This document shows, in pieces, positions 9,343 through 16,992 of a DNA stretch of 64,000 nt. The translations under genes and the position numbers were made by a program. The DNA is from Thermoplasmata archaeon (lineage in GTDB: Archaea; Thermoplasmatota; Thermoplasmata; Lutacidiplasmatales; UBA184). Positions within the stretch are counted from its first letter, which is position 1, and the number at the start of each line of letters is the position of its first letter. The stretch covers positions 27,907-91,906 of the forward strand of contig DATJUJ010000001.1 in the NCBI GenBank assembly GCA_035502475.1, given 5' to 3'. Under the pieces are notes generated by a model, which did not search any database, was not told where the DNA came from, and saw only the letters and a list, made by a program, of their open reading frames with translations.

Positions 9343-10248
9343 ATGCCGCGGCCCGCGCGTCCCTCCTCGGTCCTCGGCCGACTCCTTGAGGCCGCGGGGT
9401 ACCGCCTCGACCCGCGGCCCGAGGGCGTCCTCGCGGTCCGGGCGAAGGACCGTCGGGCGGTCCTGATCGTGGCCGCCCCGCGGTCGCCCGCCGACGTGGA
9501 GGGCCTGTTCCCGACGGACGCGGTCCACCGCACGATCGTCTACGACGACGAGCCGGGGACGGTCGCGCGCGCGCTCGCCGCCGACCGCAGCATGGAGGTG
9601 CTCGAGCCGAGCACGCTCGGCGCGGCCCTCGGCGAGCTGCTCCTTCCGGCCCCGCCCGGGCCGCTCGAGTCCGTCGACGACGACTTCGCGACCGACGGGC
9701 CGGGGCTCCCGTTCCCGGTCGCTCCCGACGGGGAGCGCACGGTCCGGCCCCGCATCGATCGCGCCGAGGCCGAGGTCGTCGCGGGCATCGACGCGAGTCA
9801 GTTCACGCTCCGCTTGGTCCCCTACTTCGTGGGGGCGTACCGGGTCCGTCCTCCGTCGCCGCACGGGGAGTCCGGACCGGTCGTCCGTCGGCTGGTGGCG
9901 GTGAACGCGATCAGTCGGGGCGCCGAGATCTGGGAGGACGGCGATCGCGAGCTCGTCCGGGGCGTGGCCGACCCGCACCAGCGGCTGCCGCCCCAGCTCA
10001 CCGAGCCGCAGGCGCGCTCCGCGGCGGTCGAGGCGATCCGTCGCCACCATACCGTCCACGTCGACCACACCGAGCAGCACGGGGGCGCCCTCGTCATCGA
10101 GACCCGGCGGATCCCGCCCTCCCCCGACGACCTCCAGGTGGGGCCGCTCGTGCTGCTCTACGTTCCCCACTGGTACGCGGAGTCCGGCGACGGACGAGTC
10201 GTGGTCGACGCGGTCACCGGCCGTCGGGCGGCCCTCGCCGACCCGTGA
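9343..10248 (+). CDS. Hypothetical protein
   Basis: 301 aa, normal amino-acid composition, co-directional with the well-supported MBL gene downstream. The antisense 502-aa ORF is R/G/D-rich shadow. I recognise no family. Confidence 0.55.
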   Translation: MPRPARPSSVLGRLLEAAGYRLDPRPEGVLAVRAKDRRAVLIVAAPRSPADVEGLFPTDAVHRTIVYDDEPGTVARALAADRSMEVLEPSTLGAALGELLLPAPPGPLESVDDDFATDGPGLPFPVAPDGERTVRPRIDRAEAEVVAGIDASQFTLRLVPYFVGAYRVRPPSPHGESGPVVRRLVAVNAISRGAEIWEDGDRELVRGVADPHQRLPPQLTEPQARSAAVEAIRRHHTVHVDHTEQHGGALVIETRRIPPSPDDLQVGPLVLLYVPHWYAESGDGRVVVDAVTGRRAALADP

Positions 10249-10299
10249 GCACCGCCCCTCCCGCACAGGGTCAAATACGCCGCTCCGACTGACGCGGCC

Positions 10300-10911
10300 G
10301 TGATCCTCGACCAGTTCCGGGTCGGCCCCTACCTCAACTTCACCTACCTCGTCGTGGACGACGACGGGCACGACGCGGTCGTGATCGACCCGTCGTTCGG
10401 CATCGACCCGGTCCTCGCGGGGATCGATGCCCGCGGCGCGAAGGTCCGGTACATCCTCAACACGCACAGCCACCGCGACCACGTCGCCGGGAACCAGGAC
10501 GTCCGGGACCGCACCGGGGCGAAGGTGGTCGCCCACCGCGTCGCCCCGCTCCACCAGGACGTCTCGGTCGAGGACGGTGACGCGTTCGAGGTCGGCCACC
10601 TGCGCTTCGAGGTCGTCCACACGCCCGGGCACACGAAGGACAGCGTGCTCTACCTCTTCGAGGGGCAGGTCGCCACCGGTGACACGCTGTTCGTCGGGGA
10701 GTGCGGACGGACCGATCTCCCCGGCGGCGACCCCTCGGAGATGTACGACAGCCTGCACCAGCGGGTCCTGGCGCTCGACGACGCGCTCGTCGTGCTGCCC
10801 GGCCACGACTACGGCCCCACCCCGACCTCCACGATCGGGCGCGAGCGGCAGGAGAACTACACGCTCCAGCCCCGGACCCGGGAACAGTTCCTCCAGTTCC
10901 TGAGGGAGTGA
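10300..10911 (+). CDS. MBL-fold metallo-hydrolase (glyoxalase II-like)
   Basis: 203 aa, NTHSHRDHVAGN (HxHxDH), HTPGHT, GDTLFVGECGRTDLPGG, LPGHDY. Confidence 0.88.
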   Translation: MILDQFRVGPYLNFTYLVVDDDGHDAVVIDPSFGIDPVLAGIDARGAKVRYILNTHSHRDHVAGNQDVRDRTGAKVVAHRVAPLHQDVSVEDGDAFEVGHLRFEVVHTPGHTKDSVLYLFEGQVATGDTLFVGECGRTDLPGGDPSEMYDSLHQRVLALDDALVVLPGHDYGPTPTSTIGRERQENYTLQPRTREQFLQFLRE

Positions 10912-10915
10912 GCCG

Positions 10916-11482
10916 ATGGCCCCTCTGCCCCCGGTCGAGGAACGGGCGTTGCGCGCCGTGGGCGCCCGTCGCCCCGCGCCCGGCCGGCCCGCGACCGCGC
11001 CGCTCGTCGCGGTCCTGCGCGACCTCGCGAAGGAGTCGGAGGCGCTGGTCGGCCTGTTCGACGCGCGCGCGATCGCCGGCGAGCGCCACCTCCTCTCCGC
11101 GTGGGCGCACCTCGGGCGGGCCCGCAGCCGCGGAGAGACCCGCCTGAGGGAGCGAGGGGCCGAGTTCGCCCTGTACGTCGCCGGGGACGATCAGCTGCCG
11201 CGCGCCCTCGCCAAGGTCGGCGTCTCGGACGCGACCGAAGCGTTCGTCGTCGTCGCGGAACGCCCCCTCGACCCGGTGGACCTCGTCCCCCGGTTCGGTC
11301 TCGTGCTGGACCCGGACGCGTTCCCGCGGCCGGTCGACGAGGGCACGCTCGATCGGCTCGGGATCCCGGCCGCGGAACGCGACGCCGTCCCCCCGACGGC
11401 CTGGGAAGGGCTCGTCCTCGAGCGGGTGGCCCTCGTCGACCTCGCCGCCCCGACCGGCAAGGGGCCCGCCGCAAAGCATTAG
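10916..11482 (+). CDS. cgi121: KEOPS complex subunit Cgi121
   Basis: 188 aa. FDARAIAGERHLLSAWAHL...EFALYVAGDDQLPRALAKVGVSDATEAFVVV...LVLERVALVDL aligns by eye with archaeal Cgi121 such as MJ0187. Confidence 0.65.
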   Translation: MAPLPPVEERALRAVGARRPAPGRPATAPLVAVLRDLAKESEALVGLFDARAIAGERHLLSAWAHLGRARSRGETRLRERGAEFALYVAGDDQLPRALAKVGVSDATEAFVVVAERPLDPVDLVPRFGLVLDPDAFPRPVDEGTLDRLGIPAAERDAVPPTAWEGLVLERVALVDLAAPTGKGPAAKH

Positions 11483-11522
11483 ACGCCGGGGCCGGCTCCG
11501 GGCGCCGGCCGCGGGTCGGCGT

Positions 11523-11625
11523 GCAGGTGTAATCTAGTGGTAGGATGTCAGCCCTCCAAGCTGACCGCCCGGGTTCGAATCGACCGGCCGGCACGGGGCC
11601 GGTCGCGGGAGTCCCGGCACCTGCA
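11523..11625 (+). tRNA. tRNA-Gly (anticodon UCC) with a 32-nt insertion (about 11581-11612) at the 3' edge of the T-loop
   Basis: Acceptor GCAGGTG (11523-29) pairs with CACCTGC (11618-24), followed by A73. D arm ATCT-AGTGGTA-GGAT. Anticodon arm TCAGC-CCTCCAA-GCTGA. T arm CCGGG-TTCGAAT-[insert]-CCCGG. The insert contains an 8-bp hairpin, GACCGGCC/GGCCGGTC. Confidence 0.7.
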
Positions 11626-11688
11626 TGCCCCCTGCGGTCCCCGACCGACCGAGGGTTTATTCCCGACCGGTCCGGTGGCGCGGGATGC

Positions 11689-11772
11689 GCTGAGGTAGCC
11701 TAGTCCGGTAAGGCGCCAGCCTTGAAAGCTGGTGGCGGTCACGCCGCGGGAGTTCGAATCTCCCCCTCAGCG
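11689..11772 (+). tRNA. tRNA-Ser (anticodon UGA), class II with a long variable arm
   Basis: GCTGAGG-TA-GCCT-AGTCCGGTA-AGGC-G-CCAGC-CTTGAAA-GCTGG-TGGCGGTCACGCCGC-GGGAG-TTCGAAT-CTCCC-CCTCAGC-G. All stems pair. Confidence 0.9.
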
Positions 11773-12513
11773 TCCGCCCGGCGCGCGCGCCAGGACCAAC
11801 GCCCGTCCGTGCTCGCGGCGGATCGGGGCGGCCGCGAGGGGTCGCAGGCCGGCGTCGCGGAGGAGCTCCGGCCATCGGGACCGGGGCGTGAGCCGGAGCA
11901 CCTCGGTCTCCGTCACGTGCCGCACCCCCCGGTGTTCGATCCCGATCAGGTACTCGAGATCGAGGTAGGAGAGGTCGCCCCGGCGGCGCACGACCCCGAA
12001 CCGCACGATCGCGATCTGCGCATCCCGGTAGACGTTGACGCCCACGTGGCCCCGGCGCAGCTCGTCGGGCGCGAGCCACGGTTCCACGAGGAGCAGGCCC
12101 CCCGGTCGCAGGTGCCGGGCGAACGCCCGGAGCGCCGCGCGCAGGTCGCGCTCCGTTCGGAGGTAGCCGATCGAGCTGAACAGACAGCTCACGACGTCGA
12201 ACCGGTCCCGCAGCGCGAGCCGGCGCATATCCGACCGGACGAGCCGGACGCCGGGGAGTCGGCGGCGGGCGAGTCGCAGCATCGCGGGGCTCCGGTCGAC
12301 GCCGACGACGCGGAAGTCGCGGCGGAGCTCGGCGAGGTGCCTCCCCGTGCCGCAGGCGACGTCGAGCCAGTCTCGCGCCGACCGGGGACCGAGCCGACGC
12401 ACGAGGCCGCGCAGCCGGCGGACCTCCCCGGCATAGTCCTTCGCGTCGTAGATCCGATCGTAGAGGTCAGCCCGTCGGCCGTACATCGGCGACCCGGCCT
12501 CCCGAGCGACCAT
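11767..12513 (-). CDS. Class I SAM-dependent methyltransferase
   Basis: YGRRADLYDRIYDAKDY...WLDVACGTGRHL...VVGVDRSPAML...FDVVSCLFSSIGYL. Start uncertain: ATG 12513 is chosen, ATG 12486 is equally plausible, and the track start 12771 is antisense shadow of mutS. The stop overlaps the 3' end of tRNA-Ser by 6 nt on the opposite strand. Confidence 0.82.
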   Translation of the reverse strand: MVAREAGSPMYGRRADLYDRIYDAKDYAGEVRRLRGLVRRLGPRSARDWLDVACGTGRHLAELRRDFRVVGVDRSPAMLRLARRRLPGVRLVRSDMRRLALRDRFDVVSCLFSSIGYLRTERDLRAALRAFARHLRPGGLLLVEPWLAPDELRRGHVGVNVYRDAQIAIVRFGVVRRRGDLSYLDLEYLIGIEHRGVRHVTETEVLRLTPRSRWPELLRDAGLRPLAAAPIRREHGRALVLARAPGGR

Positions 12514-12548
12514 CCCCGGCCCCGCCGTTCCGCGACCTGCGCGCCGCA

Positions 12549-12554
12549 TTATAA
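12549..12554. promoter_or_regulatory. Palindromic TATA box (TTATAA) between the divergent methyltransferase and mutS genes
   Basis: The only A/T hexamer in the spacer. Its first base lies 32 nt upstream of the mutS ATG (12581), consistent with a leaderless mutS-mutL transcript. It could also serve the minus-strand gene. Confidence 0.45.
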
Positions 12555-12580
12555 GGCGCGCCTCGCCTGCCGCTGCGGCG

Positions 12581-15211
12581 ATGTCCGACGCGACGCCGAG
12601 CACCCCGCTGCTCGAGCAGTACGAAGGGGTGAAGGCCCGGTACCCGGGGCACCTCGTGCTCTTCCGGGTGGGCGACTTCTTCGAGACGTTCGGCGACGAT
12701 GCGCGCCTCCTCTCGAAGGAGCTCGACGTCGTGCTCACGGCGCGCGCCCCGGACGCCCGCGGGGATCGCACGCCGATGGCCGGGGTCCCGCACCATGCGG
12801 TCGAGACGTACCTCGCCCGCCTCGTCCGGAAGGGCTACAAGGTCGCCCTGTGCGACCAGGTGGAGGACGCCCGGTTCGCGAAGGGGCTCGTCCGACGCGA
12901 GGTGACCCGGGTCGTCACCCCCGGCACGGTGGTCGAGGATGGGATCCTGGGCGGCCCCGACCACAACTTCCTCGCCTGCGTGGTCGGGCGGGGCGAGGGC
13001 CCGGGGGCGTTCGCGGCCGTCGACATCACGACGGGCGAGTGGTTCCACGGTCTCGCGGACGGCGCCGGGCCGGACGGGCTCCTCGGCGCGCTCGCGCCGT
13101 TCCGTCCCCGCGAGGTGCTCTGGGAGGAGGCCGCGGGGCCGTCGGAGGACGCGCTCCTCTCCGCCCTCCGGCGGGAGCTGCCCGGGGCCCGGGTCGAGCA
13201 CGCGCCCGCCCCCCTGACGGCGGCCGACTGGCCGGTCTCGCTCGAGCTCCCCCTCGACACGCCCGAGGTCGTGGCCGAGGCGGACCACCGGCTCGGGGCC
13301 TTCCTGCGCGCGACGCAGCCCCGGATCCTCCCGTTCCTCACGGTCGTGACGCGGGGTCGTGGCGACCGGCGGCTCGTCCTCGACGCGAAGACCCTCCGGC
13401 ACCTCGAGATCCTGCGCCCGATGAACCCGGACGATCCGAAGGGCCCGACCTTGTTGGACGCCGTCGACGAGACCCGGACGGCTCCCGGGCGTCGCACGCT
13501 CGCCTTCTGGCTCGCGAACCCGCTCGCGGACCTCGACGGGATCGTCGAGCGCCAGGAGGCGGTGGACGCGCTCGCGGCGCGGGGGGCCGCGCTCGAGCCG
13601 GTGCGCGACGCCCTGCGGCCGATCGCCGACCTCGCGCGCATCGCTTCCCGGATCGTCGGCCGGCGCACCCGACCCCCCGAGCTGGGGGCGGCCCGCGCCT
13701 CGTTGCGCGCGGTCGCCCGGGTCCGGCAGCTCCTCGGGGACGGGGCGCGCCCCGGCCGTCTCGCGACCGTGGAGCGCGACCTCGAGGCGCCGGAGGCGCT
13801 CGTCGCCCTCCTCGAGCGGGCCGTGCCGGAGACGCCCCCCGCCTCGCTGGACGGCGGGGAGCTGTTCCGTCCGGGGTTCGTCCCCGTCGTCGACGCGGCC
13901 CGGGACCGGGAACGCACGGCCGTCGCCGCGCTCACCGAGCTCGAGCGCACGGAGCAGGAACGCACCGGGATCCGCACGCTGAAGATCGGCTACAACCAGG
14001 TGTTCGGCTACTACCTCGAGATCACGCGCCCCCACCTCGCGCGGGTCCCTCCGGAGTACCGCCGCCGCCAGACGGTCGCGCAGGCCGAGCGGTTCGGCTC
14101 GGACCGCCTCGAGGCGCTCGAACGGGAGGTCCTCGGGGCGCGCGAGGAGGCCCGCGCCGCGGAGCTCGAGGCGTGGGAGCGGTTCCTGGTCGAGGTCGAC
14201 GGCCACGTGCCGGCGATGCACCGGATCGCCCGCGCGGTCGGCGAGCTCGACGTGCTCGCGACCTTCGCGCACCTGGCCCAGAGCCGCGGGTTCGTCCGTC
14301 CGACGGTCGATGGGTCGACGGCGCTCGTGATCCGGGACGGCCGCCACCCCGTGCTGGCTCCTTCGCTCGGAGCGCGGTTCGTGCCGAACGACACCGAGCT
14401 CGACGGCGACGCGCTCCGCCTGCTCGTGCTCACCGGCCCCAACATGTCCGGGAAGTCGACGTACATGCGCCAGATCGGGCTCCTCGTCGTACTCGCCCAG
14501 GTCGGCTGCGGCGTGCCGGCGAAGTTCGCCCGGATCGGCCTCGTGACCCAGCTGTTCACGCGCATGGGCTTCACGGACGAGATCGGCCGCGGCAAGTCGA
14601 GCTTCATGGTCGAGATGACCGAGGTCGCGGAGATCCTCCGCGCGGCCGACGCGCGCTCGCTCGTGCTGCTCGACGAGGTCGGGCGCGGCACGAGCACGTT
14701 CGACGGGCTGGCGATCGCCTGGGCGACGCTCCGGCACCTGCACGACACGACCCGGGCCCGGTGCGTGCTCGCGACGCATTACCACCAGCTCACGGAGCTG
14801 GTCGGGGGCCTCCCCGCCGCGCAGAACGCCCATCTCGCGGTCCGGGAAGGGCCGGACGGGATCGTCTTCCTGCACCGGCTGGTGCCCGGGAGCACCGACC
14901 GCAGCTACGGCATCCACGTCGCTCGCCTCGCCGGCCTCCCCGAGGACGTGCTCGCCGAGGCCGATCGGCTCCTGCGGCGGTTGGAAGCGGACGGCGTCGC
15001 GTTGCCCGGGGCGGGCCGGGCGGCGGCGCGCCGCGCCCGCTACACCCAGGCCGTGCTGGTCACGGGTCTCCCGGAAGCGGACGATCCCCTTCGGCGCGCC
15101 CTGGATGCGATCGACCTCGACCGGCTCACCCCGGAGGAGGCGCTCGCGATCCTGAAGGGCCTCGCTCACCGCCCGGGGGTCCCGAAGGCCGGAGACGGAG
15201 CGGCCCGGTGA
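12581..15211 (+). CDS. mutS: DNA mismatch repair protein MutS (MutS1, bacterial type, full length)
   Basis: 876 aa. N-terminal mismatch domain TPLLEQYEGVKARYPGHLVLFRVGDFFETFGDDA, Walker A GPNMSGKSTYMRQ, LLDEVGRGTSTFDG, ATHYHQL. Confidence 0.95.
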   Translation: MSDATPSTPLLEQYEGVKARYPGHLVLFRVGDFFETFGDDARLLSKELDVVLTARAPDARGDRTPMAGVPHHAVETYLARLVRKGYKVALCDQVEDARFAKGLVRREVTRVVTPGTVVEDGILGGPDHNFLACVVGRGEGPGAFAAVDITTGEWFHGLADGAGPDGLLGALAPFRPREVLWEEAAGPSEDALLSALRRELPGARVEHAPAPLTAADWPVSLELPLDTPEVVAEADHRLGAFLRATQPRILPFLTVVTRGRGDRRLVLDAKTLRHLEILRPMNPDDPKGPTLLDAVDETRTAPGRRTLAFWLANPLADLDGIVERQEAVDALAARGAALEPVRDALRPIADLARIASRIVGRRTRPPELGAARASLRAVARVRQLLGDGARPGRLATVERDLEAPEALVALLERAVPETPPASLDGGELFRPGFVPVVDAARDRERTAVAALTELERTEQERTGIRTLKIGYNQVFGYYLEITRPHLARVPPEYRRRQTVAQAERFGSDRLEALEREVLGAREEARAAELEAWERFLVEVDGHVPAMHRIARAVGELDVLATFAHLAQSRGFVRPTVDGSTALVIRDGRHPVLAPSLGARFVPNDTELDGDALRLLVLTGPNMSGKSTYMRQIGLLVVLAQVGCGVPAKFARIGLVTQLFTRMGFTDEIGRGKSSFMVEMTEVAEILRAADARSLVLLDEVGRGTSTFDGLAIAWATLRHLHDTTRARCVLATHYHQLTELVGGLPAAQNAHLAVREGPDGIVFLHRLVPGSTDRSYGIHVARLAGLPEDVLAEADRLLRRLEADGVALPGAGRAAARRARYTQAVLVTGLPEADDPLRRALDAIDLDRLTPEEALAILKGLAHRPGVPKAGDGAAR

Positions 15212-16992
15212 CCGGCGGACCGGACCCCCCGGTGGCCCGCCGGCCGATCCGGCGGCTCGACCCGTCGGTCATCGAGCGGATCGCGGCAGGCGAGGTCGTG
15301 GAGCGTCCGGCCTCGGTCGTGAAGGAGCTCGTCGAGAACGCGCTCGACGCCGGGGCGCGGGAGGTCGAGGTCCGGCTCGACGGGGGCGGTCTCACCCGTC
15401 TCGAGGTGAGCGACGACGGCTTCGGCATCCCTTCCGACGAGCTCGCGCTCGCCTTCGAGCGTCACGCGACCAGCAAGCTGGACCCCTTGGGACCGATCGA
15501 CCGCATCGGTTCGCTCGGCTTCCGCGGCGAGGCGCTCGCGGCGATCGCGACCGTCGCCCGGGTGCGCCTCCTCTCCCGGCCCCCCGGCCAGCCGCACGCG
15601 ACCGGCCGGGAGGCAGCGAACGGCGTCCTCGGCCCGTCGTTCGATGGCGGGCGGGCACCGGGCACCACGGTCGAGGTCTCGGAGCTGTTCGACCGCACCC
15701 CCGCGCGGCGGAAGTTCCTCAAGAGCCCCGCCGCGGAACAGGTCGAGGCGCTGCGCACGGTCGAACGGCTCTATCTCGCGCGGCCCTCGGTCGGGGTGCG
15801 GGTCCTGGTTGAAGGGCGCGAGCTCGCCCGGTACCCGACTTCCCCGGGCCTGCGCGACGCCGCGGCCCGCGTGCTCGGGACGGAGATCCTCTCCGCTTCA
15901 TTCGCGGTCGATGCGCCCGTCCCCGGCGGTCGGCTGGCGGGGGTCCTTGGCCGCCCCAGCGTCAGCGCGGCCTCGTCCACCCGGCTCTTCGTCGCGGTCA
16001 ACGGTCGCGCGATCGACGCCCGCCCGATCGCCCAAGCGGTCCGGCTGGCCTTCGGGGAGTTCCTGCCCCGGACGCGCTACCCGATCGGCGTGCTGCACCT
16101 CACGATCGACCCGGAGCGGCTCGACGTGAACGTCCACCCCACGAAGCGGTCGATCCGCTTCGTCCAGGAGCGGGAGCTGGCGGACGCCGTCCGCCACCGG
16201 GTCCGGGAGGCCCTGCTCGACGTCCCCCAGGTCGCCGACCGGGGCGAGCGCCCGCTCCCGACGCGGCCGGCCGCCGGGCCCGAGCCGACCGGCCTTTCCG
16301 TACGGCTGGGGTCGGGCGCGTCCGGAGCCCGCGGAGGGGTCGCGAGCCAGCGCACGCTCGAGGAGGGGACCGGCCCGCGGACTCAAACCCCGAGCGTGCC
16401 CGCGGTCGGGCCCCATCCGGCGCTGCGTCTCTTGGGTTGCCTCGACGCGATCTACTGGGTTGCCGAGGCGGACGACGGGCTCCTGCTCATCGACCAGCAC
16501 GCCGCGAGCGAGCGGGTCGTCTTCGAGCGCCTGCGTCGGCGCGCCCCGGTGCGGCGCCAGGCGCTGGTCCTGCCGGTGGCCGTGCGCCTGAGCGGGGCCC
16601 AACGCTCGGCGCTCGCCGCGCACGGCGAGCTCGTGCGCTCCGCCGGCTTCGAGGTCGAGCCGTTCGGCCCCGAGGCGGTGCGCGTGGTGGCGATGCCGGC
16701 GTTCCGCGGCCGGTCGGCGGGAGCCGCCGCGCTCTCGGCCCTGCTCGACGAGCTCGCCGACGGCGGCCGCCCCACGGTGCCCGACGGGCTGATCGAGCGG
16801 ACCTGCGCGACGCTCGCCTGCCACGCCGCGATCCGCGCCGGCGACCGGGTCCCCGCCGAGGAGTTCGCGCGGGTGCTCGACGCGCTGTACGCGCTCCCCG
16901 AGGCCGCGTACGCCTGCCCGCACGGCCGTCCGATCGTCGTGCGGATCCCCCGCGGCCGGCTCGATCGGTGGTTCCTCCGGAGCGGCGTGTGA
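15208..16992 (+). CDS. mutL: DNA mismatch repair endonuclease MutL
   Basis: Real part of the 1756-aa track ORF. GTG at 15208 overlaps the mutS stop (GTGA). GHKL ATPase IAAGEVVERPASVVKELVENALDAG, endonuclease motif DQHAASERVVFE, and CPHGRP near the C-terminus. Confidence 0.93.
   Translation: MTGGPDPPVARRPIRRLDPSVIERIAAGEVVERPASVVKELVENALDAGAREVEVRLDGGGLTRLEVSDDGFGIPSDELALAFERHATSKLDPLGPIDRIGSLGFRGEALAAIATVARVRLLSRPPGQPHATGREAANGVLGPSFDGGRAPGTTVEVSELFDRTPARRKFLKSPAAEQVEALRTVERLYLARPSVGVRVLVEGRELARYPTSPGLRDAAARVLGTEILSASFAVDAPVPGGRLAGVLGRPSVSAASSTRLFVAVNGRAIDARPIAQAVRLAFGEFLPRTRYPIGVLHLTIDPERLDVNVHPTKRSIRFVQERELADAVRHRVREALLDVPQVADRGERPLPTRPAAGPEPTGLSVRLGSGASGARGGVASQRTLEEGTGPRTQTPSVPAVGPHPALRLLGCLDAIYWVAEADDGLLLIDQHAASERVVFERLRRRAPVRRQALVLPVAVRLSGAQRSALAAHGELVRSAGFEVEPFGPEAVRVVAMPAFRGRSAGAAALSALLDELADGGRPTVPDGLIERTCATLACHAAIRAGDRVPAEEFARVLDALYALPEAAYACPHGRPIVVRIPRGRLDRWFLRSGV

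Noticed and set aside
6209-9466. 1085-aa plus-strand ORF antisense to cdc48 and DUF72
   Set aside because: It is an antisense shadow. Cdc48 motifs are unambiguous on the minus strand.
9298-10806. 502-aa minus-strand ORF antisense to the hypothetical and MBL genes
   Set aside because: The MBL HxHxDH motif set on the plus strand fixes the coding strand. The antisense product is R/D/G/V-rich without motifs.
11523-11625. Alternative reading of the first tRNA on the minus strand (the anticodon loop would read UUGGAGG, Ser-GGA, with a proper U33)
   Set aside because: TTCGAA is palindromic, which makes this tempting. On the minus strand, however, the T-loop-like sequence would lie 5' of the anticodon and there would be no D-arm with GG. 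Only the plus strand gives a complete cloverleaf.
11722-16992. 1756-aa plus-strand ORF spanning the tRNA-Ser region, the methyltransferase antisense, a mutS alternate frame and mutL
   Set aside because: Only the last 594 codons (from GTG 15208) encode a recognisable protein, MutL. The rest is R/P/G/A-rich low-complexity translation. It overlaps a well-supported mutS in another frame and a methyltransferase on the other strand. This is stop-codon scarcity at high GC.
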